Assembly: GCF_006345805.1 (NCBI RefSeq)
Contig: NC_042999.1
Location: 153,636,001 to 153,700,000, forward strand
DNA length: 64,000 nucleotides
Direction of reading: 5' to 3'
Origin: Octopus sinensis
Taxonomy: Eukaryota
Shown: positions 13,055-25,574 of the stretch, in pieces
How positions within the stretch are numbered: position 1 is the first letter of the stretch
How the letters are laid out: each line of letters starts with the position of its first letter
The notes under the pieces: generated by a model
Databases searched by the model: none
What the model was told of the DNA's origin: nothing
The model's input: only the letters and a program-made list of their open reading frames with translations
Program-made: the position numbers and the translations under genes

Positions 13055-13620
13055 GATGAAATCTTTTATTTTCACCTCAGCATCCATATTGGTGTTGTTT
13101 AGGTGAGTTTCAGTAAAGATAAAGAAAGGGAAGCAATGTGCTGTTTCGGCAAGCCAACTCTCTATGTATGGTATCTTCGATTTTTGGGGCAATGAGTGAT
13201 GGGTTGATGGTACATTTAACAGGAATATCGAGGTAAGGGTAGTTTGATGTTTGTATTGTTCTAAGTTATGTTTTATGTTGTTCAGGGGTAGCAATTAGGA
13301 TAGATTTTGTATGGAGCTGTGTGGTATTTTCTAGTTGATGGTGGGTGTGTGCCCCTTGTGTTTTGTATAAGTGGTTGCTGATAGCTCCTTGGATCTCCTG
13401 GCTTAGAGCGGCCTTCATATTTTCTAGATAAGTTAGTAAAAAAGAGTTGCCTCTTTGGTTTTCCACTTGGTCAAATGATACATGGTCCATGTTTATGTGA
13501 TTCGGTGTTATGGTTTTTCCATAGTTGTCTTCGTTGTTTGGTTGTAGGAGGTGAAATATGGTTGTATTTTGTTTTTGTTGTTGTCGTATGTTTCCACTGT
13601 TGCTGTTTATATTTATTTTT
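13055..13620 (-). mobile_element. CR1-group LINE fragment, ORF1 end and APE endonuclease start
   Basis: LLNV...KSKIPYIE...FTETHL...DAEVKIKDF parallels the LLNIRG...DAEIHIPQY start at ~19.7-19.85 kb; short related piece at 14430-14520. Confidence 0.55.
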
Positions 13621-13654
13621 CGATCATTTTGTGTATATATATATATATATATAT

Positions 13655-14065
13655 AGGCGCAGGAGTGGCTGTGTGGTAAGTAGCTTGCTAACCAACCACA
13701 TGGTTCTGGGTTCAATCCCACTGCGTGGCATCTTGGGCAAGTGTCTTCTACTATAGCCTCGGGCCGACCAAAGCCTTGTGAGTGGATTTGGTAGACGGAA
13801 ACTGAAAGAAGCCTGTCGTATATATGTATATATATATATATATGTATGTGTGTCTGTGTTTGTGTGTCTGTGTTTGTCCCCCTAGCATTGCTTGACAACC
13901 GATGCTGGTGTGTGTTTACGTCCCCGTCACTTAGCGATTCGGCAAAATAGAATAAGTACTGGGCTTATAAAGAATAAGTCCCGGGGTCGATTTGCTCGAC
14001 TAAAGGCGGTGCTCCAGCATGGCCGCAGTCAAATGACTGAAACAAGTAAAAGAGTAAAGAGTAAG
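13655..14065 (+). mobile_element. SINE family 1, full length
   Basis: Head, microsatellite, body and tail all present. Confidence 0.9.
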
Positions 14066-14177
14066 AGTATATATATATATATGTGTGTATGTATAAGGAT
14101 GGAAAGGAACACACGAGTTGATATATATGAAAAAATAAGTCAAAATAGAAAATGCTAAAATAATTTTCTAAAGAACA

Positions 14178-14220
14178 TTTCAGTACCGGTTTCAGTCATT
14201 TTAAGACCTTTTCAACTGTA
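14178..14220 (-). ncRNA. Minimal hammerhead-like motif with U3-A8 core
   Basis: Minus strand: ttaCAG-TTGAAAA-GGTC ttaaaat GACT-GAA-ACCGGT-A-CTGaaa. Confidence 0.6.
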
Positions 14221-14360
14221 ACAATTAAATAATTAAATTTAGAAAAATTAAAAGAAATGTTTTTTTAAAGGAATATCTATATGGTGTTCAAATATAAGTG
14301 GCATTTTCCTTTTTCTGCCTTGCTCTGTCTCTCTTGTTCACACTTGTGGGTTCGAGGTTG

Positions 14361-14435
<75 letters not shown>

Positions 14436-14519
14436 AGCTGTGTGTGATTTTCCACTTGATGGTAGGTGTGTGTTCCTTGTGTTTTGCATAAATGGTTGCT
14501 GATAGCTAGTTGGATCTCC

Positions 14520-15350
14520 TGGCATCCCGGTTTCGCGCCATTTTCGCTCTATGTTCGGATTGTCCTTGAACAGAGGCCATCCGGTGTCCCGTATTCGCCG
14601 TCAACAGGGATTAATCTTCTCTCTTCGCTCTTTTGCGCCACATGGGCTCAACTCTCCTCCCCTCTTCATCTAACCCTCCTCCTCTCTCCTCTCACACCTA
14701 CTTCCTCCCCCCACCTCTCCTCTCTTGCTCTGACACCTACTTCCTCTCTTCACTCCTACCCACCTTCTCCCTTCCCCCTCTCCTTTCTTCGTCACCCCCT
14801 CCCTCGTTACTCCACCCCTACACATTTCAACACCACCATCCCTATACATCCCATTCCAACCCCATCCCTTACACCTCACTCCCAGATACCCCACCTCAAC
14901 CCACACCCTTCCCTTGCTTCTTTCAATTTCTCCTCGCCCACACCATAACACCACCACACCACATCACACACCACTACACCACACACCACTATACCATACC
15001 ACATCACACCACATCACACCACCTCACACACACTAGCACTGACCACTTCCTAGCACCCACACCATCATCCACACATCTACACATGCACACACGCACATGT
15101 CACGGTCACCAGCCCCCTTTCACACGCACATACAGGCTCTCACATGCACACGCATGCGCACCTTCGTGTTGGGATCACCACTACTTTATTATCTCCCCTT
15201 CTTTCTAGCTCTCCTGAGGGACCCTTCTGTGCGGCATTCGCCATGATAAATCACTAGTCACTAAACCTTTTTTAATTTTCTCTCCCGGTTTATTCCTGTG
15301 TTCCTTTCTGCTGAAGAGCGTAGGCTCGAAACGTAAAATACTTTCTCACT
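14520..15350 (+). mobile_element. Penelope-like element 3' end (GIY-YIG tail, C/A-rich UTR, CTGAAGA...GAAACGTA motif)
   Basis: PVSRHF...LIFSLRSFAPHGLNS, similar to the 2.5-3.4 kb copy; terminal ctgaagagcgtaggctcgaaacgta at ~15311-15335. Confidence 0.6.
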
Positions 15351-15600
15351 TTCCGAGCCTCCTCGACCGCCTTCGTTCCTTCTTCTACAGAAGTCTCCAT
15401 CAACTGATCCAAGACTTCACTTTGTTCCTGAGGACAGTTTTTCTTTATATGGCCAGGCTCCAGGCACCGATGACACCTGGTGGGGGGCACCCCCAAGAAT
15501 CACCGGGTACCTGCCATCCTCAAAAAATCTGGATAAACCATATTACCGGCTGACTGGGTCCACAAGGTCAAAACTGCTTTCGACCCCACCCAATCAGCCG
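15350..15600 (-). mobile_element. Gag-like/ORF1 fragment with CCHC zinc knuckle (probably L1/Tx1-type)
   Basis: CHRCLEPGHIKKNC = C-x2-C-x4-H-x4-C. Confidence 0.6.
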
Positions 15601-16258
15601 TATGTATGTATGTGTGTGTGTGTGTGTGTGTGTGCGTGTGCGTGTGTGTGTGTGTATGTGTGTGTGTATGTGTGTGTATGTGTGTGTGTGTGTGTGTGTG
15701 TGCGGGTGTGTGTGTATAACATACAAGAATAGATATTTGGAATCCAAGCAGGTACCTCATTAACACTGCGATGTAATCCAGAGTTGGCAAACCACATTGA
15801 ACAATAGGGAACATATAAAATTAAGGTAAACAATTGTATGGTATTTCACTCGATTCATTCAAAACATCATAACAGAAAACAATGACTGGCACTATGATAA
15901 ACCTAATTTCTATTATTGTGTTATTAAATTCGCATTACGTTCCAAGCAGACACCTGTTTTTACTGCATGAGTGTCCTAACGGAATGTCTACACTCGCTGA
16001 ATATGTGCAGCAACTGAACCACTTAAATGCATATAAATGCTAAATGAAAGAACATCAAGAGATTTATGCAGCAGAAACACTTCTTATTATAATCTGATAG
16101 GAATTTTATGAGAATAAAACTAATAAACAAACTTTGATGACATATAATTCTTTATTCTTCTTTATGATGTCTTCACTATATGAATGGATATATATATATA
16201 TATATATAATATATATATATATATGTGTGGTGTGTATATGTATATGTATATGATATAT

Positions 16259-16302
<44 letters not shown>

Positions 16303-16351
16303 TAGATATATATATATGTGTGTGTGTGTATATGTATATGTATATGTATAA

Positions 16352-16422
<71 letters not shown>

Positions 16423-16431
16423 ATATATATG

Positions 16432-16782
16432 TGCTAGAGTGGCTGTGTGGTAAGTAGCTTGCTAACCAACCACTTGGTTTCGGGTTCAGTCCCACTGCTA
16501 TAGCCCCGGGCTGACCAATGCCTTGTGAGTGGATTTGGTAGACGGAAACTGAAAGAAGCCTGTCGTATATATGTATATATATGTATGTGTATGTGTTTGT
16601 CTCCCTAGCATTGCTTGACAACCGATGCTGGTGTGTTTACGTCCACGTCACTTAGCGGTTCGGCAAAAAGAGACCGATAGAATAAGTACTGGGCTTACAA
16701 AGAATAAGTCCCGCGGTCGATTTGCTCGACTAGAGGCGGTGCTTCAGCATGGCCGCAGTCAAATGACTGAAACATGTAAAGA

Positions 16783-16785
<3 letters not shown>
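16432..16785 (+). mobile_element. SINE family 1 with internal deletion in head
   Basis: Same head, body and tail motifs. Confidence 0.85.
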
Positions 16786-16828
<43 letters not shown>

Positions 16829-16849
16829 ATATATGTACATATATATTTT

Positions 16850-19800
16850 TTTATTTTTTATTTTATTTAGTTTCAGCTCACAAGCTGTGGCCATGCAGGG
16901 GCACCGCCATTTGGTGTTGCTACATGATTTTACTTCACGAATGCTTTTTAGCAATTGTCATTCGGTGCATGAGAGAGTTCGATGCAGCTGCCCTCATCTG
17001 CATCTCCTGCCGTGAAGTTGGTTCATCTGGGACACCTGACAAGAAGAGATCCAGTTTCATTTTAAAGACATCTGCATTCACCCCATGCAGGTCTCTTAGG
17101 TTCTTCGAGAGGATATTGAAGAGCTGTGGGCCTCGGAAGCCCAGGCTATCACGGTATCTTGTCCTACATCTTGATGGCAAATTTGGAGTCCTTGGCACTA
17201 TGCAGTGGCGCCCAGTTCTGGCATTTGTGTAACTCTCGATGCCAAAGTTTGGGACAAGTCCTTCTAGGATCTTCCAGATGTATATTATGGCATATCTTTC
17301 CCGCCTACGCTCTAAGGAATAGAGTCTCAATCTCTTGAGTCTTTCCCAATAGCTTATATTCTGCACAGAGGCCATCTTCTTCGTGTAGCTTCGTTGCATC
17401 GCCTCAAGTTCTGTGATTAACTTGACACTGGATGGTGACCATAGCTGAGAGCAATAGTCAAAGTGGCTTAGGACAAGTGTCCTCCAGAGGACCATCATGG
17501 TTTCCTGGTCTCTTGTTCTAAAGGTTCTAAGAATCCATCCGGTCAGCCGCCTACATTTCATTGCCAATTTAGCAACATACACATGAAAGGATACATCATC
17601 ACTCATGTAAATACCCAGGTCACACACTGATTGTGCCTCTGGGATTGCAATCCCTCCAGGTCCAGTGTATTTATTGGGTATTGCATTTAGTTTTGCATGC
17701 TGATAGTATAAAGCTTGAAACTTTTCAGCATTGAACTGCATGCTATTCTTTTCAGCCCACTTGTATATTTTTTCCAGCTCACATTGCAGGTGCTTAGTGT
17801 CTTCAGGGTTCTGTATTGTCTGTGAAACTTTTGTATCATCTGCATAACTTGTGATCGTGGCTCTCTGCGTGGCTGAGGGCATGTCTGAGAGGGCCATTAT
17901 GAACAGTAGTGGTTCCAGAACAGTGCCCTGCGGAACACCGCTCACTATCCTTCAGAAAGTCATGAAGCCATTCTCCCAATTTTCCAACTATGCCAAGATC
18001 ACGCAGTTTGTGACATATCATTCCATGATCGACTTTATCAAAGGCCTTTGCAAAGTCGAGATATATGACTTCCACATGTGAGTGGTTGAGCAGTCGTTTC
18101 AGCACCCAGTCATAGTGTTGTAGGAGCTGAGTTAAGCAGATTCTTCCTGGTCAGAAACCATGTTGGGTGTCAGGCAGCAAGTCATTTTCTTCAAGGAAGG
18201 TGATTAGTTTCCTTCTGACTATTGGTTCCATGACCTTGCTGATGTGTGAGGTCAGAGAGATAGGTCTGTAGTTCTTGGCCTCCGCTCTGCTACCTCCTTT
18301 ATGAATAGGGCATATTTTACCTTCCTTCAGTTTTCTTGGAAGTTTGCCAGTTGCAAGGAAGCTCTGAAAGAGGAACTGCAGTGGTCTTGCTAGGACTCTC
18401 TTACATACTTTTACAAGGATTGCTGGGAATCCATCGGGGCCAGTAGATGAGTTTGTTTTCATTTCATTAATAGCCTTTATTACATCGTCTTCCTTTATAT
18501 TGATGTAATCAATCATCGCTGCCTCTATTTTATATCTGCAGTGGTAAAGAAGTCAGTTGGATTGCTGACTTGAAAATGCCCTAGGGGTGGAGTGAAAATA
18601 CTCTTGAATTGCTCATTTAGTATTTCACTTACCCTCATTGGATTTCCGTGAGTGTGCCATCCTTTTCAAGGAGTGGCCCTATCCTACAGTGCACCGTAAC
18701 TCTTTCTTTGGAATACCTGTTAGAAAGCTCTGGGGTTAGATTTTATGTTGTCTATAGCCCAGGCTTCTTTGTCTGCTCTTTCTTTTTCAAGGGAGAGTTG
18801 CAAAATTTTTCAATTTCCAACAGTTTTATTTTCAGGCGGGACTTTTCACACTGCTTTCAATTTGTTTGTTTAGGCGATTTGAAACTTTTGTACGCCGTCT
18901 CATTAGAATTTTCCTCTCTCTGGGGGATTTGCTCTTGTGTACAGTGGCCTTTCTCTCTGGGACACATTTGTAGCATATGGCTTGCATTACAGACATGATT
19001 GTTGAAGTTTCATGTCGTGTCTGGCGAGGATAGACATTCAGGCCAGTTTTGTTGAGGATCTCTTTCTCAATTTGTTTCCAGTTTGCCTTATGGAAGTTCA
19101 AGCTGGAAAGATTTGAGAGTTTCTTGTAGGCTGCATGTCCATGCTTTCCTTTGGCCCGTACATGGTCAGCTCTGCCATGTTGTGATCCGAGTGTAGTGTC
19201 GGAGTCACTTTCACATTATGGATGAGATCCATATTATTTGTGAAGCAGAGATCCAGTATGTTACCTGCCCTGGTTGGTTGGAGTATTACTTGCTCCATGT
19301 ACAGAGTGTTGAAGAGGTTCAGGAGGGACCTCGCCTGTCCTCGTTCACATCGTGTCGTTCCTGGGAGAGAAAGGCCCTCGGGCCATCTGACATTGGGTAG
19401 ATTGAAGTCTCCCATAAGAAGTACACTTACGTGTTGTTCTAATGTGACTAGAACTTCTATTTTTATAAGGCAGTCTTCAAACTTGCCTACATGGCTTGGG
19501 GCATCTGGAGGGCGATATGTAGTACATATAACTACACCAAGTTGCCTTATATGTACAATTAGTGTGTCACACACCGAATTTGAGGATGACAAAAGGACCA
19601 GGGGTGTGAGGTCCTCACGAATGTACATAGCAACTCCTCCATGACTCCTTTCTTTTCTGTCGGTCCGTAGTACAACATACTGTGGTATGTGTATTTCCGC
19701 ATCTGCTATGTCCGTTTTCAGGTGGTTTCCGTAAGTGCTATGCATAAGGCTTGATTGCATGCAACAAGTCTCTTAAGACGGGATTTTTGTCCTATTACTG

Positions 19801-19960
19801 AGTGTTAGCGGTCCTCTGATGTTCAGTAGGAGCATCGAGGTGATGTATACTGTTGCCGCGGTGTCCACCTTGGTCTATTTGCTGTGGCGGTCTTGTGTAT
19901 TGTGGATAGTCCCATCTACGAGTTTGAGTTTGATGGAGCCAGGTTAGCTACTTTACAATC
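16850..19960 (-). mobile_element. CR1-group LINE, near-complete ORF2 (APE endonuclease plus RT) with 3' tail; frameshifted
   Basis: APE motifs GGVAMYIR, LLMGDFNLP, ILDLCFTN, SDHN; RT motifs NYRPISLTS, QHGF, YLDFAKAFDKVDH, SGVPQGTVLEPLLF, YADDTK; C-terminal YCSQLWSP, LERRRER. Confidence 0.92.
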
Positions 19961-20039
19961 TTTTGTGCCATGCACAAAAAAGATTCTTGTTCAGTAGCTG
20001 CCCTTTCAATAAATATATTATATATATATATATATAGAT

Positions 20040-21667
20040 AAGAAAGTTTGTTTGGTAAAGCCGTGGGTGAATATATAAGAAAATAGTAAAGTGTGAAAAA
20101 ACGACAGAAGGCTTAAATGTTAAAAATATATATATTTGTGTCAAAATGTCTGGAGAATATTGGAAAAATTTGAAAAATTTTTTTTCCTTTCCTTAAATGA
20201 CATAATTTTAAAATTTTTAAAGAATTACCGGTTTCGCGTGTAGCTTTTCAAATTTCTTGTGACGTTATGTTTATATTGCATGGAATTATCGTTGTTTTTA
20301 TTTCCAGGAGATTTCTAAATAAGGGGAGGTAGTGAGTGATTTTTCCGGTGTAGGGGAGATAATCGCTTAAAAATTTTTTTTTCCATTTCCTTGTTAATTT
20401 CTCTGTGTCAGTATGTTCGGATGGTTGAGTCTGGGTTTGTACTTTTCAATGAAGAATGTTTCCTTGTTCAGTCTCATTTGTGTTGATGATCCGAAAGCAC
20501 ATTGGTAAAATGGGAAGATTAAAAATTGTGGCAGTAGTTGCTTTGCGCATTTCTCAATGTGCTCACTAAAAGGTATCATTCTATATTCTGGAATGCAATC
20601 TGTTGTCGATGCAGTGTGCATCTGCGCCTGAGTGATAGTCCCGTGGAACCCACGTAGTCTTGGTGGCAGCCCGAGCATTTAATAACATAAATTATGTTTT
20701 CAGAGGCACAAGTAAAGTTAGATTTGATCTTAAATTTCTGTCCCTCTTTAGAGAAGAATTCTGATCCTTCCAATAGGTTAGGACATGTTGCACAGTTCGA
20801 TCTACCACATTTTTTTACTTTTGCATCCGTAATTTTAGAAGACAATTTTGCCTTTGTGAGAATCTTTTTAAGTGATTTAGGCTGTTTGTAGCTTTTAATG
20901 ATTTGGTGTATGTTTAGAATTTCCTTTAATTTGGGTTTTTATGAAGTATTGGTAAATCTGGGTGATGATGGTGAAGGCTTCTTTGTTTCTGGGGTTGTAT
21001 GTAGATATGTAAGGTTATTTTCGGGAAGGTGTGTTGTTGTGTTGAACTTTTCTTAAAGTTTCTATGTTGATTTCTGTTGCACGTCTGATCCCATCCTCTA
21101 TGAGTTGAGCTGGGTAATGTCTGTCAATTAGGGTGGTTTTTGAGTTCTTGCAGTCTAAAGTTCCTGGTATTTTGTTCTGACACTATTGTGCATATCCTTC
21201 TTGCAAGGTTGAAGGGGATGTTTTTTTAGTGTGTCTTGGGTGGCATGAATTAAAAAGAAGGTATTGTTTGGCGTCTGTGGCTTTGTAAAAAATGTCTGTT
21301 TCTATTTTAAGGTTAATTTTTTAATTAGTATATCCAAGAACGGGAGCTCCTTTTGGTTGTATTCCATTGTGAACTGTATTTTGGGTTATGCTGTTCAATA
21401 GGTTTTTAAATTTTAGGAGTTTATCTATGTTTTCATTCCAGAGAATGAAACAATCGTCTAGGAAATCGTTTCCAATTCTCTTTTATGTATTGAGAGAGGG
21501 AGTTTCCAAAGATTGATAGAGATTCCTGGTAAATGATTATTTCCATGTATCCCATTGTTAAGTTCGCAATGACTGGTGCTGCCCTTGTACCCATAGCAAT
21601 TCCGGATTTTTGACGGTAAAAATGTATTGTCAAACATGAAGTGGTTATTGTGTAGGATGAATTCAAT
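20040..21667 (-). mobile_element. 5'-truncated Penelope copy, inverted duplicate of 23380-24960
   Basis: Near-identical reverse complement; GIY-YIG region NIIYVIKCSGCHQDYVGSTG open at 20576-20845. Confidence 0.92.
20220..20258 (-). ncRNA. Hammerhead-like motif (U3-A8), inverted copy
   Basis: Reverse complement of the 24788-24827 motif with a 1-nt indel in stem I. Confidence 0.65.
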
Positions 21668-23113
21668 AATACCTCGATAATACATTGGATCACTGGAAGG
21701 ATTCCTGTGAGAGAGAAGAGAGAAATTCTCTCCTACGCTGGGAGAAAAACATGGACTTCTTCCAAAAAATATAGTGAAACCTTCAAAAATGAATTGGTAC
21801 AAATAATCCCTTCCTTAAGAAAATTACAATAAACAAAAAAGAAAACCTAACAACCCACGAACACCCCCCAACTATCCTCCATACACTAAAAACAGAAATC
21901 ACCCACAACAACCTCTACAAACCACGCTAGACCTAACAGGGAACTAGCTGAAAGAGGACGCGTCTATGAAAGAATTACACCAACAAAACAGAACAAACCA
22001 ACAACATCATAATACCAGACCCAACCACCATACAGCACAATACGACACTAGGATAAGAATACACCACACACAAATCACTACTACCCCATGAACCAAAACT
22101 ACTGGTCCCCACTAAACAAAGACAAACGCAAAGAAACACTATGTCAAGCAACATCGCACATACAAGAAGTTCGAAACAAAAAATATTCCCCATACAGAAA
22201 TTTTTACCACACCACAAGCATTAACAACCAAGATTCCCACACACACACAACGATCGGAGGCAACAATACCACCACTCCCCCGACCAAATACCACACAACC
22301 TCACAGACAACTCATACAAACAAAATTACACCCAACATTTTTTAGCCAGGGACCAGGGACACCAGGACACAGGCTGGAACCTAGTAATAAGGAAAAACCG
22401 AAGATAATCAATCTTTCAACCAAACCTCTTTCTAACATAAAAATTGACATCCTCGCAAAAGGGCTCAAATTTACACCAACTCCACGCAGAGCAAACCTAA
22501 ATGAACTCAAGGATAATATAACAGAATTTTGCAGAAAATTAAGACTAGCAGAAGCATCAAACAGTTTCAATACTGAAGATGAATCACTTGTCAAGAACAA
22601 AAGTGAACACATCCCACACAGAGGAAGAAATAAAGATCTTGACGAATTCTGTAACCACATTGAGAACTTCCCCTACCACTATACATAAACAGAAAGCTAA
22701 CCCAAATTTTACAATACACAATGGAAAGAACTGATAGAACTCCAAAATGATGAAGATATAACCATTAAGGAAGCGGACAAGGGAAATGCAGTTTAATAAT
22801 GGATACATCATACTACAGAAATCTTGTAATTTCCTTGCTTGATGAAGACCTACATTATGAAAAATTACCAACACACACCCCACAAAATAATGAAAACTCT
22901 ATCTTCACTAATTAAAACCCATGAAAAGGAACTGACAACCAAGAGATTGATTTCCTAACAAACTTTAAATGCAAACCTAGCCTTTTCTATGGTCTGCCAA
23001 AAATTCATAAAGTCAAATTATAAATGAAACCATTAAAAAATCACCAAAGACATACATACACACACCTAATCCGGGGGACCTAAAACTACGACCCATTGTA
23101 GCTGGCCCAACCT

Positions 23114-23866
23114 GTGAAACCACACAGACTAAGTCTACTTATGGACATCCTCTTGAAACCCTTCCTTAAACATATCGATAGCCATATCAGAGATGACTTA
23201 GATATGTTAAACCACCTTCCAAAAAAAACCAAGGAAGAAACAATCCTGGTTTCATTTGATGTAGTCAACTTGTATACCAGTTATACTCATAATTATGGAC
23301 TGGAGGCAATACAATTCTGGTTAGACCAATTTCCGGAAGAAATACCAAAAAGGATCAGTAAAGAATTCATTACTAAATCAATTGAATTCATCCTACACAA
23401 TAACCACTTCATGTTTGACAATACATTTTACCGTCAAAAATCCGGAATTGCTATGGGTACAAGGGCAGCACCAGTCATTGCGAACTTAACAATGGGATAC
23501 ATGGAAATAATCATTTACCAGGAATCTCTATCAATCTTTGGAAACTCCCTCTCTCAATACATAAAAGAGAATTGGAAACGATTCCTAGACGATTGTTTCA
23601 TTCTCTGGAATGAAAACATAGATAAACTCCTAAAATTTAAAAACCTATTGAACAGCATAAACCCAAATATACAGTTCACAATGGAATACAACCAAAAGGA
23701 GCTCCCGTTCTTGGATATACTAATTAAAAAAATTAACCTTAAAATAGAAACAGACATTTTTACAAAGCCACAGACGCCAAACAATACCTTCTTTTTAATT
23801 CATGCCACCCAAGACACACTAAAACAAACATCCCCTTCAACCTTGCAAGAAGGATATGCACAATAG
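23114..23866 (+). CDS. Penelope-type reverse transcriptase core (open segment of a broken polyprotein)
   Basis: 250-aa ORF with SFDV..LYT, G.AMG, FLDD motifs. Confidence 0.85.
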   Translation: MKPHRLSLLMDILLKPFLKHIDSHIRDDLDMLNHLPKKTKEETILVSFDVVNLYTSYTHNYGLEAIQFWLDQFPEEIPKRISKEFITKSIEFILHNNHFMFDNTFYRQKSGIAMGTRAAPVIANLTMGYMEIIIYQESLSIFGNSLSQYIKENWKRFLDDCFILWNENIDKLLKFKNLLNSINPNIQFTMEYNQKELPFLDILIKKINLKIETDIFTKPQTPNNTFFLIHATQDTLKQTSPSTLQEGYAQ

Positions 23867-24787
23867 TGTCAGAACAAAATACCAGGAACTTTAGACTGCA
23901 AGAACTCAAAACACCCTAATTGACAGACATTACCCAGCTCAACTCATAGAGGATGGGATCAGACGTGCAACAGAAATCAACATAGAAACTTTAAGAAAAG
24001 TTCAACACAACAACACACCTCCTCCCCGAAATACTACCTTACATATCTACATACAACCCCAGAAACAAAGAAGCCTTCACCATCATCACCCAGAATTTAC
24101 CAATACTTCATAAAAACCCAAAATTAAAGGAAATTCTAAACATACACCAAATCATTAAAGCTACAAACAGCCTAAATCACTTAAAAAGATTCTCACAAAG
24201 GCAAAATTGTCTTCTAAAATACGGATGCAAAAGTAAAAAATGTGGTAGATCGAACTGTGCAACATGTCCTAACCCTATTGGAAGGATCAGAATTCTTCTT
24301 AAAGAGGGACAGAAATTTAAGATCAAATCTAACTTTACTTGTGCCTCTGAAAACATAATTTATGTTATTAAATGCTCGGGCTGCCACCAAGACTACGTGG
24401 GTTCCACGGGACTATCACTCAGGCGCAGATGCACACTGCATCGACAAAGATTGCATTCCCAGAATATAGAATGATACCTTTAGTGAGCACATTGAGAAAT
24501 GCGCAAAGCAACTACTGCCACAATTTTTAATCTTCCCATTTTACCAGTGCTTTCGGATCATCAACACAAATGAGACTGAACAAGGAAACATTCTTCATTG
24601 AAAAGTACAAACCCCAGACTCAACCATCCGAACATACTGACACAGAGAAATTAACAAGGAAATGGAAAAAAAATTTTTTAAGCGATTATCTCCCCTACAC
24701 CGGAAAAATCACTCACTACCTCCCTTATTTAGAAATCTCCTGGAAATAAAAACAACGATAATTCCATGCAATATAAACATACGTCAC

Positions 24788-24827
24788 AAGAAATTTGAAA
24801 AGCTACACGCGAAACCGGTAATTTCTT
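24788..24827 (+). ncRNA. Minimal type-I hammerhead ribozyme with U3-A8 core variant
   Basis: AAGAAAT-TTGAAAA-G ctacacg C-GAA-ACCGGT-A-ATTTCTT: 7-bp perfect stem I, palindromic stem III, GUA triplet. Confidence 0.7.
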
Positions 24828-25001
24828 AAAAATTTTTTAAATTATGTCATTTTAAGGAAAGGAAAAAAATTTTTCCAATATTCTCCAGACATTTTGACAC
24901 AATATATTATTTTTTAACATTTAAGCCTTCTGTCGTTTTTTCCACACTTTACTATTTTCTTATATAATATATATATATACATGCATATATTTACCTATCA
25001 T

Positions 25002-25042
<41 letters not shown>

Positions 25043-25059
25043 CTCTGTGTATATACTCT

Positions 25060-25495
25060 TTATTCTTTTTACTCTTTTACTTGTTTCAGTCATTTGATTG
25101 CGGCCATGCTGGAGCACCGCCTTTAGTCGAGCAAAATCAACCCCAGAACTCATTCTTTGTAAGCCTAGTACTTATTCTATCGGTCTCTTTTGCCGAACCG
25201 CTAAGTTACGGGGACGTAAACACACCACTATCGGTTGTCAAACGATGTTGGGGTGGGACAAACACAAACAAACACACACACACACACACGCACGCACGCA
25301 CGCACACACACACACACATATATGTATACATATATGTATGACGGGCTTCTTTTAGTTTCCGTCTACCAAATCCACTCACAAGGCTTTGGTCGGCCCGAGG
25401 CTATAGTAGAAGACATTTACCTAAGATCCCACGTAGTGGGAGTGAACCCGGAATCATGTGGCCGGTAAGCAAGCTACTTACCACACAGCGACTCA
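25060..25495 (-). mobile_element. SINE family 1, full length
   Basis: Reverse complement of 4513-4925. Confidence 0.9.
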
Positions 25496-25543
25496 TATCT
25501 ATATACATACATACATACATATGTACATACATACATACATACA

Positions 25544-25574
<31 letters not shown>

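Larger units (their letters stand above)
21668..24965 (+). mobile_element. Near full-length Penelope-like element (RT plus GIY-YIG)
   Basis: RT: KADKGNAV, LRPIV, SFDVVNLYT, GIAMGTRAAP, RFLDD, FLD; C-terminal CGRSNCATC and IYVIKC...YVG. Confidence 0.92.
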
